A stretch of DNA of 15,457 nucleotides from an uncultured archaeon (GTDB taxonomy: Archaea > Iainarchaeota > Iainarchaeia > Iainarchaeales > JAAZKV01). Positions 1-6,303 of the stretch are shown here, piece after piece. The stretch spans positions 1 through 15,457 of the forward strand of contig CAZKBG010000002.1 in NCBI GenBank assembly GCA_964551375.1. The letters are read 5' to 3'. Under the pieces are notes generated by a model. That model had not been told where the DNA came from. It saw only the letters and a list, made by a program, of their open reading frames with translations, and searched no databases. Every line of letters begins with the position of its first letter. The stretch's first letter is position 1. The position numbers were made by a program, and so were the translations under genes.

Positions 1-3
1 TCT

Positions 4-76
4 GCCACTGTAGATCAGCAGTTAGATCGCCTGACTCATAATCAGGAGGTCGGCGGTGCGATTCCGCCTAGTGGCA
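4..76 (+). tRNA. tRNA with CAT anticodon, probably elongator tRNA-Met (tRNA-Ile2 not excluded)
   Basis: Cloverleaf folded by hand: acceptor GCCACTG(4-10)/TAGTGGC(69-75), D-stem GATC/GATC, anticodon stem CCTGA/TCAGG with loop CTCATAA (CAT at 37-39), T-stem GGCGG/CCGCC, discriminator A76, no encoded CCA. G1-C72 argues against initiator. Confidence 0.88.
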
Positions 77-113
77 TTAATATTTATTAACTTCAAAAAC
101 ATACTTTTGGCTG

Positions 114-710
114 ATGAATTCATCAAAACAGCTGTTGTTGTTAATAGTTCTGCTAGTTTTAATCGCTCTTTTTTTCGGCTGCTCAAGCAAAGCATCTTAT
201 TGTGAAAGCAGGAAAGGAATGGCAAGAGAGATGTGCTATTCAAATGAAGCAGCTCTAAATCAAGACCCTGCTCTGTGTTATAATATTGAAAGCGAAAATT
301 ACCGGAACTTTTGCATTTTGGGCGCAAACGATCCAAAAAATGCTTTAGATTATGATTTAAACGACACAAATTATTCAGCAGTCCAAACTCAAACTCCAAG
401 CCAGCCTGAGATTGGAATAACAATACACCCTGTTACACAAATGCCAAAAGATGCAGAGTACACATTCAGCGCAAAGATATGCAACAACAGCACAAACGAC
501 CTTAACGGAGTATTCGTTGCAGAAGTCAGCAAAAATATATCTTTTGCTGGTCAGTTTGGAGTAAACAGAGAATTTCCCCTAAAAGCACATGACTGTAAAG
601 TAATTTATGATGTAATAACTCCGACAACCGCAGGGGAAGGAACACTTACAATTAACTACAAGACTCAAAAAAATACTTACTCTGAATCAGTTCCAATAAC
701 AGTTCAATAA
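114..710 (+). CDS. Lipoprotein-like / membrane-anchored hypothetical protein
   Basis: 198-aa ORF, N-terminal hydrophobic segment followed by Cys (LLLLIVLLVLIALFFGCSSK), Cys-containing segment, then a predicted beta-rich C-terminal region. AT-rich TATA-like element at ~80-89. Confidence 0.75.
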   Translation: MNSSKQLLLLIVLLVLIALFFGCSSKASYCESRKGMAREMCYSNEAALNQDPALCYNIESENYRNFCILGANDPKNALDYDLNDTNYSAVQTQTPSQPEIGITIHPVTQMPKDAEYTFSAKICNNSTNDLNGVFVAEVSKNISFAGQFGVNREFPLKAHDCKVIYDVITPTTAGEGTLTINYKTQKNTYSESVPITVQ

Positions 711-787
711 TTCAAAAACCTAATTTTCACTACTAGCAAATATTATTATAGCCAGCGAAACTTAACTTTGTTAGATAAGTGAGCTAA

Positions 788-1396
788 ATGCCTGATAGTA
801 TTTATGATAAAGTAAGACTTGCAGTAGGAAAAGTAGTGGATGCAAGCGCGCACTTAAACGCAGCCGCAACTGCTGAAAAAATCGGCAAAACGCTTGGATT
901 AAGCGAAGCAATGATACAATTCACTCACATTGAACTAAGAAACTCTGTTTACGAACCTGAATACAAAAAAATTCCTTACTCTGAAAGAATAGTATTCTTA
1001 CCGCACTGCACAAGAAACAATAAAGTGTGCAAAGCAACAGTGGACGGAGAAGGAATTCACTGCAAGAATTGCGGCGGATGCGCAATTGATGAAGTGACAA
1101 AAATCGCAAAAGAACTCGGATACATGGGAGTATTCACTGCGCACGGCGGAAGCATGGTAAAAAAAATAATTGAAAAATACAAACCAAAAGCAGTTGTCGG
1201 CGTATGCTGTTTTCCTGAAGCATTAATGGGGATAGAAGGAGTAAAAGCACTAGGAAGAATACCCCAAGCGGTTCTGCTTCTTAATGACGGGTGCCAGGAC
1301 ACAGTAATGAATATTCCTTTACTAAGAGAAAAAATGCAGATGATTAATGCAACAGTTCTTGAAGAAAGCAAAAAAACAAAAGCAAAAAGAAAATAG
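788..1396 (+). CDS. DUF116-like cysteine-rich protein
   Basis: 202-aa ORF with the pattern LPHCTRNNKVCKA...GIHCKNCGGCAIDEV...VFTAHGGSMVKKIIEKYKPKAVVGVCCFPEALMGIE, resembling DUF116 proteins. Confidence 0.75.
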   Translation: MPDSIYDKVRLAVGKVVDASAHLNAAATAEKIGKTLGLSEAMIQFTHIELRNSVYEPEYKKIPYSERIVFLPHCTRNNKVCKATVDGEGIHCKNCGGCAIDEVTKIAKELGYMGVFTAHGGSMVKKIIEKYKPKAVVGVCCFPEALMGIEGVKALGRIPQAVLLLNDGCQDTVMNIPLLREKMQMINATVLEESKKTKAKRK

Positions 1397-1424
1397 CTCT
1401 TAAAAATTTTAATTAAACTAAATT

Positions 1425-2084
1425 TTAATCAATTAATCTAACAAACCGCTCAATTTCCTCAAAATTCTTTGCTAAAAATAGAGGTCTAAATCTTCTCAAC
1501 TGATTTTCAGTAGAAATGCCGGTGGATTTTGCAATAAATTTAACTCCAAGACGCTGGCACATCAAACCATCCTGAATAGAATCTCCAATAAATACAATTT
1601 CGCTTGGTTTTAATTTTAATTTCTTCAACGCAACAACAAGAGGCTCCACATCGGGCTTTTTATGTTCCACATCATCGCTTGTAATGATAAATTTTAACTG
1701 CGATTTTGTTTTCTTATCAAAAACCGTGTCAACAAAAAGGTGCCTTGAGCCAGTAACTACTCCAAGCGGGAATTTTTTAGACATTTTTGCAATAAACTCT
1801 TTTGAATCCTTAAACCACAAAGACTTTGCTTTATTCTTTTTTAGTAGTTTAACAAAATACTTTCTTCTAAATTCAACAAACTTAGGCAAATCAATTACTT
1901 GTTTAGTTGAATCCATCAAATAATACGCAATATCCCTTGAGTGAAGCAAAGACAAATCCCTCATCTTTTGGGGAGTCACTTTAAAACCAAATTCCTTAAT
2001 CGCAGCGCTATCACTTTGCATAATCAGCGGAACAGAATTAATCAAAGTCCCATCAAGATCAATCAAAATAGCCCTAATTTTCAT
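1425..2084 (-). CDS. HAD-superfamily hydrolase (phosphoglycolate phosphatase-like)
   Basis: 219-aa ORF with HAD motif I (LIDLDGTLINS), motif II region (GVVTGSR), and motif III/IV region (KKPDVEPLVVAL...EIVFIGDSIQDGLMCQRLG). Confidence 0.9.
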   Translation of the reverse strand: MKIRAILIDLDGTLINSVPLIMQSDSAAIKEFGFKVTPQKMRDLSLLHSRDIAYYLMDSTKQVIDLPKFVEFRRKYFVKLLKKNKAKSLWFKDSKEFIAKMSKKFPLGVVTGSRHLFVDTVFDKKTKSQLKFIITSDDVEHKKPDVEPLVVALKKLKLKPSEIVFIGDSIQDGLMCQRLGVKFIAKSTGISTENQLRRFRPLFLAKNFEEIERFVRLID

Positions 2085-2108
2085 ATCGGAAAGATTAAAC
2101 CACTAACC

Positions 2109-2117
2109 AATATAAAC
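2109..2117 (-). promoter_or_regulatory. Putative archaeal TATA box for the HAD gene
   Basis: On the minus strand GGTTTATATTGG lies about 27-30 nt upstream of the ATG at 2084, consistent with near-leaderless transcription. Confidence 0.45.
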
Positions 2118-2173
2118 CTAACCAGAAGATGAATTCTATAAGCAAGCCAACTAGCTAAGTTAGTTGAACTATT

Positions 2174-2320
2174 GCCCCGATAGTGCAGTGGTCAAGCACG
2201 TCACCCTCTCACTGCCTTTTCTCTTTTAGGAAAAGAGAAAAGCTAAGTTGCCAAAAGAGAAAAACTTTTGACGACTGCAAGAGTGCGGTGGAGACCCGGG
2301 TCCGAATCCCGGTCGGGGTA
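2174..2320 (+). tRNA. tRNA-Glu(CTC) gene interrupted by a 74-nt intron (2212-2285)
   Basis: Acceptor GCCCCGA(2174-2180)/TCGGGGT(2313-2319), D-stem GTGC/GCAC, anticodon stem TCACC(2201-2205)/GGTGG(2287-2291), spliced loop CTCTCA|C with anticodon CTC (2208-2210), T-stem CCGGG/CCCGG. Discriminator A2320. Confidence 0.92.
2212..2285 (+). other. Archaeal tRNA intron with canonical bulge-helix-bulge at position 37/38
   Basis: Outer helix TCACC/GGTGG; 3-nt bulge TGC (2284-2286); 4-bp central helix CTCT(2206-2209)/AGAG(2280-2283); 3-nt bulge CAC (2210-2212); inner TGC/GCA. Predicted cuts after 2211 and 2285. Confidence 0.88.
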
Positions 2321-2381
2321 TTAGAGAAAATGGTTGTGTATACTCCCTGTTTCTTAAAGTTAACTCCAATGATACGCACTA

Positions 2382-2390
2382 TTTTATATT
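2382..2390 (+). promoter_or_regulatory. Putative TATA box for the FecR-like gene block
   Basis: TTTTATATT about 35 nt ahead of GTG 2421. Confidence 0.4.
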
Positions 2391-2420
2391 TTGCCGTAGT
2401 ATTTTAAGCTAGGTAATATC

Positions 2421-3593
2421 GTGCTTTTTGAGGTTTCAACAGGAAGGAATGAAATTCAAGTCATGGGAAATAATGCAGTGCTTAAAAGAAAAAATGGCGA
2501 AAGCATTCCAATACCATCAACAAGCGCGCTTGCAAAGCTTTACAAGGAACTAGCTGCTAAAAATACGCCTGAAGTGCAAAAAAAGCTAAAGGATTATTCT
2601 GATAAGTTCCCAAAAATAATGGAAGGGGACACAATAATTACAGGCGATAATACAATAGTAATTGTCCGCTCTTCATACAACAAGGGAAAAGACAAACCGA
2701 TTGAAGGAATGAAGCAAACTGCATCAAAATCAATTAATTTTGGCCCTGATTCTGAAATACGATTTTTAGGAGTTAAAAAATGGATCCGAGAGGACAAAAC
2801 CGCTCAGAAAAAATACTTTGGCGAAATGATTGAAACAATAGAAGTAAAAAAAGCAGGTTTCTTTTACTGCTCATACAGCAACTGCGAGGACACTTTAATC
2901 ACCCCAACAGCGCTTGTGGACTTTTTAGGTCTTGGAGGAGGCGTAACATTTGATTATTACAACGGAGCGCTTTATAGCGTTCCATGCCCTTCTGAAGGAA
3001 TTGGCGAAAAAGGAAGCATAAAATTCACAAACAAAAACACCAAAAAATTTTTTACCTCAAAAACAATTGAAGAAGTAATTGTCACAAGCAACGCAATTTA
3101 CAAAAAATCCTTTGCCAAGATGGACCAAATAAACTTTTTCTCCGCAAGCCAAATTGGAATGCTCGCAGTGAAAGATTTTATTCCTGATACAAGCGAAGAC
3201 CAGTACGCGCAAATGGCTAAAACAGGGGACAAAATGATGGAAGTATTTGCAAATATTGAAATGTTTAAGCAAATGGATCCAAAAGATATTATAAAATTGG
3301 CAAAGCAGGGAGGCGCCACACCCGAACAACTAAAAGAATTTGAAGACTTGCCTGAAAAACTTAAAATGATGGAAAAACAAATGCCAATGGATAAAGTAAT
3401 CAACGTTGTAGCACAGCAAAAGGCGTTCTATGAAGGAATGGGCGCGCAGGGATTTGCAAGCATGGCAAAAGTGCAAAAAAAAGCCCAAGTCAAAATGAAC
3501 GAACACTTTGACAAGGAATTCAAAGAATTTGCAAACAAGTCAAAAGAACCAAGAAAATACGGACCATTAACAAACGAATTTAAGGTGGCTTAA
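2421..3593 (+). CDS. Cytoplasmic FecR-like domain protein A with helical C-terminus
   Basis: 390-aa ORF (GTG start; alternative ATG at 2463). Segment MEGDTIITGDNTIVIV...SINFGPDSEIRFLG resembles the FecR-type 'GD.I.T....I...NS.I...' pattern. No signal peptide. Confidence 0.8.
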   Translation: MLFEVSTGRNEIQVMGNNAVLKRKNGESIPIPSTSALAKLYKELAAKNTPEVQKKLKDYSDKFPKIMEGDTIITGDNTIVIVRSSYNKGKDKPIEGMKQTASKSINFGPDSEIRFLGVKKWIREDKTAQKKYFGEMIETIEVKKAGFFYCSYSNCEDTLITPTALVDFLGLGGGVTFDYYNGALYSVPCPSEGIGEKGSIKFTNKNTKKFFTSKTIEEVIVTSNAIYKKSFAKMDQINFFSASQIGMLAVKDFIPDTSEDQYAQMAKTGDKMMEVFANIEMFKQMDPKDIIKLAKQGGATPEQLKEFEDLPEKLKMMEKQMPMDKVINVVAQQKAFYEGMGAQGFASMAKVQKKAQVKMNEHFDKEFKEFANKSKEPRKYGPLTNEFKVA

Positions 3594-3595
3594 TT

Positions 3596-5137
3596 ATGGC
3601 TGAAAAGAAAAAAATAAAACAGAAAAACATTGTTCAAAAAACTTCGGTCAAAAAAACGGCAAATAAAGAAGAAACTATTATTGATAAGGATCTTGCTGAA
3701 AAAATGATGAAAGCAAAAGAAGATGCAATGAAAAAGTTTAACTCAGTTGCCATGGGAAACTCAAAAGAAATAGAAGAATCAAGAGAAAAAGGAAAGCAAG
3801 TCGGCGCAATTTATAAGGAACTTGAAGAGTGCAACAAAATTGAGGAAGAATTCAAGACAAATCCTCCCTTAATGACAAGCGTTCATATTAATGGAAAACT
3901 CATTTCACAGGTTTATGATAAAGGAGTTATAGATAAAATTGCAATGCTAAAAAAACACTCGATTTCGTTTACTCCTGCTGTACACCACCAGTCAACTTTT
4001 GGAATAGAGTTTAAGGTGTTTGGCAGGGCTTATGTAAAAAGAAGCGGGCAAAAAATTCCTCTTGAAGAAAGCTTTACAGAAAATACTTTCGTTCTAAAAG
4101 ACGGCGATATTATAGGCACTGAAAATTCATCATACGTTTTTGACTTAAAAGAATACAACGAGACAGACAAAAAAAGCACAAGCATTATCATTTATCCAAA
4201 AAGTGAAATGCGCTTTTCGCTTAATGAAACCGTGACAAACCCAGCGCCCGCATTTATGGACCCTTCCAAAGTGTCAAACGCAATAAAAAGCAAGTCAAAA
4301 TCAACTGTTATTAGCCAAAAACTAACGCAAGTTGAACCATTACAGGGATTATTTTTTATTTCAATAAAAAGAGAAGGAAATGATGTGACCAAAATGCTGA
4401 AATTTGGAGCTTCATATCCAAAAATAAAATTTAAATCAGCTTCGGCAATTTATGCTGGCGTAGTAGGAGACTTAATGGAAAAAATGAAAGCGCAAAACCC
4501 AAAACTCGCGCAAATTTACGAAGCAAAGACAAACATGAGCTCAAATATTAAGGGGGCTGCAAATAGAACTTGCGATGAAATAACAGGATTCTTTGAATTA
4601 TCCGGTGACGGCTCAATAGTTATTACAAGAAGCGGGAATTTAATAGTTCATGAAAGCATCGGCAAAGAAACAAGAAAAGTTCCCACAAACGCGCTCAAGC
4701 CGATAAAAGCAACTTTTACTCATGACGCACTCTATGAAACTGATACTGGAAAGAATCCTGACAATAGAGTTGCCAAAATGGTGGAACAAGCTGCCTCCCT
4801 ATCAATATATGCGGGCGCGATAAATATGAAGAAAAGCATAGAAGAAAGGGGGAAAATAATGGGCAAGGCAAGCTCAACAAAAGATGCAAGCGTCCAAAAA
4901 GAAACCGAAGGAATGCTAAGATACGCGCAGGAAAGCGGGGATAAGGAACTCATTGAAGCTGCGCAGGCACAAATGAAATCAATGCAAAGTTATCTAAACA
5001 GCGGAGGAAGCGCGGCTGAAGAAAATGGAATACTAAAGTCCATAGCAGAATATGAAAAACAAATAAGCGCAGTAAAACCAAAACTATTATCAAGTCTTTC
5101 GCCTTATTCAAGTCCTTCGGGAAGCGACAAAGCTTAA
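3596..5137 (+). CDS. Cytoplasmic FecR-like domain protein B
   Basis: 513-aa ORF, Lys-rich N-terminus, FecR-like segment FVLKDGDIIGTENSSYVFDL...STSIIIYPKSEMRFSL, long helical/coiled C-terminus. Starts 2 nt after the preceding stop, with a GGTGG SD-like element inside the upstream gene. Confidence 0.82.
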   Translation: MAEKKKIKQKNIVQKTSVKKTANKEETIIDKDLAEKMMKAKEDAMKKFNSVAMGNSKEIEESREKGKQVGAIYKELEECNKIEEEFKTNPPLMTSVHINGKLISQVYDKGVIDKIAMLKKHSISFTPAVHHQSTFGIEFKVFGRAYVKRSGQKIPLEESFTENTFVLKDGDIIGTENSSYVFDLKEYNETDKKSTSIIIYPKSEMRFSLNETVTNPAPAFMDPSKVSNAIKSKSKSTVISQKLTQVEPLQGLFFISIKREGNDVTKMLKFGASYPKIKFKSASAIYAGVVGDLMEKMKAQNPKLAQIYEAKTNMSSNIKGAANRTCDEITGFFELSGDGSIVITRSGNLIVHESIGKETRKVPTNALKPIKATFTHDALYETDTGKNPDNRVAKMVEQAASLSIYAGAINMKKSIEERGKIMGKASSTKDASVQKETEGMLRYAQESGDKELIEAAQAQMKSMQSYLNSGGSAAEENGILKSIAEYEKQISAVKPKLLSSLSPYSSPSGSDKA

Positions 5138-5175
5138 GAATTTAAAAGTTATAATTAATGCACGGAGGTGCAATT

Positions 5176-5478
5176 ATGGGAATAATGGATGATGCTTTAG
5201 GAAATATTGTTAATCGAACAAAAGACTCTCTTTCCTACAAAGCAGGCGATTTAATTACTGGCGCTGCTGTTAAAGGAGCAGGAAAAATTGCCAATAAAGC
5301 AACAGGTGCAAAAAGCGCCGTGCTTGATAAATGCCCAAAATGCAAGACAAAACTCCAGCCGGATGCAAAGTTCTGTCCTTCATGCGGACAAGCATTAGTA
5401 GTAACATGCCCTAAATGCAATGTTGCATACCAGTTAGGAACAAAGTTTTGCACACAATGCGGCGGAAAATTAGCATAA
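5176..5478 (+). CDS. Double zinc-ribbon protein with amphipathic N-terminus
   Basis: CPKCKTKLQPDAKFCPSCGQ...CPKCNVAYQLGTKFCTQCGG gives two zinc ribbons. GGAGGTG (5164-5170) precedes ATG 5176, favouring this start over the listed 5158. Confidence 0.85.
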   Translation: MGIMDDALGNIVNRTKDSLSYKAGDLITGAAVKGAGKIANKATGAKSAVLDKCPKCKTKLQPDAKFCPSCGQALVVTCPKCNVAYQLGTKFCTQCGGKLA

Positions 5479-5589
5479 CAAAATTGCTTTTGACTGCCCT
5501 GTTGTGCAGATATTATACTGCATGTAATTGTTGCTTCAATTTAGTTGAAAATATGCTTCTAATTGGATTCAAAAGCCGAAATACTTTGT

Positions 5590-5599
5590 TTTATATATT
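5590..5599 (+). promoter_or_regulatory. TATA box for the pilin-like gene; likely leaderless transcript
   Basis: TTTATATATT centred ~24 nt before ATG 5619. Confidence 0.55.
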
Positions 5600-5618
5600 T
5601 CCAAGTTATTAACTTAAT

Positions 5619-6302
5619 ATGCAAAAAACTGGTTTTAGGGCGCGAGAGAAAGAGTTGGTTGCCCAAGGGACAATCGAGTATCTTGTTATTATTGCGGTTG
5701 TTATAGTTTTGGCGTTGGTTGCTTCTTATTTTATGTTTGCTTCTATGGGTTCTGCTTCTCAGGCTGATAAGGCTTCTTTGAAGGCTGCTTGGCAGTCTAA
5801 GGAAGTGGGGATTGCTGATTTTGCGGTTAATGAGGATGGGAATGGGCAGATTGCGATTATGAATAATTCTTCAGGGCTTGCGAGGATAAAAAAAGTTTAT
5901 ATTAATGGGGTTTTGACTTATGATGGGACTTTGCCGCTTTCGCAGTTTGATAGGTATACTATTGGTTCGTTTGCGAGTGCGGTTGCTTCGTGTAGTTCTA
6001 ATGTAAGGTATAGGATAAGAATTATTTATGAGTCTGAGTCGGGTCTTGAGCAGATTGTTGAGGGGGATTTGTATGCGGAGTGTATTCCGAATTTTTTGGT
6101 GAGTGGTTTCTTTTCTTTGGGCGCGGGGGTTGATTTTAATTCTGGTGCTTCAGATAATGTTGCTCTTCAAGATGGGAATTATGCCTTAGTGGATACTAAT
6201 TTGTTTAATTCGGTTGTTCTTGATAATATTTCTGATTTGAGTGTTGTTGATTCTAATACGAGTCATGTTGGTGGGCAAGTAATTTTAGGGCAGGCGAGCT
6301 AA
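5619..6302 (+). CDS. Class III signal-peptide (archaeal type IV pilin-like) protein
   Basis: 227-aa ORF; N-terminus REKELVAQGTIEYLVIIAVVIVLALVASYF fits the class III signal peptide (A|QGTIEYL plus hydrophobic helix), followed by a predicted globular extracellular region. Confidence 0.88.
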   Translation: MQKTGFRAREKELVAQGTIEYLVIIAVVIVLALVASYFMFASMGSASQADKASLKAAWQSKEVGIADFAVNEDGNGQIAIMNNSSGLARIKKVYINGVLTYDGTLPLSQFDRYTIGSFASAVASCSSNVRYRIRIIYESESGLEQIVEGDLYAECIPNFLVSGFFSLGAGVDFNSGASDNVALQDGNYALVDTNLFNSVVLDNISDLSVVDSNTSHVGGQVILGQAS

Positions 6303-6303
6303 A

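Noticed and set aside
22-423. Minus-strand 133-aa ORF
   Set aside because: Overlaps the tRNA(CAT) and lies antisense to the better-supported lipoprotein-like CDS; no recognisable motif.
788-1396. Antisense ORFs 921-1109 and 1057-1371
   Set aside because: Opposite a well-supported DUF116-like CDS; no conserved features.
2183-2407. 74-aa + strand ORF over the tRNA-Glu
   Set aside because: Covers the tRNA gene and intron; the structured RNA explains this region, and the ORF does not resemble an intron-encoded homing endonuclease.
5505-5550. Short inverted repeats TGCAG/CTGCA and AATTG/CAATT between the zinc-ribbon and pilin-like genes
   Set aside because: Only 5-bp arms in AT-rich intergenic DNA; expected by chance and not a convincing terminator.
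5415-5612. 65-aa + strand ORF overlapping the end of the zinc-ribbon gene
   Set aside because: Overlaps the zinc-ribbon CDS out of frame and runs through the pilin-like gene's TATA region; no SD or domain.
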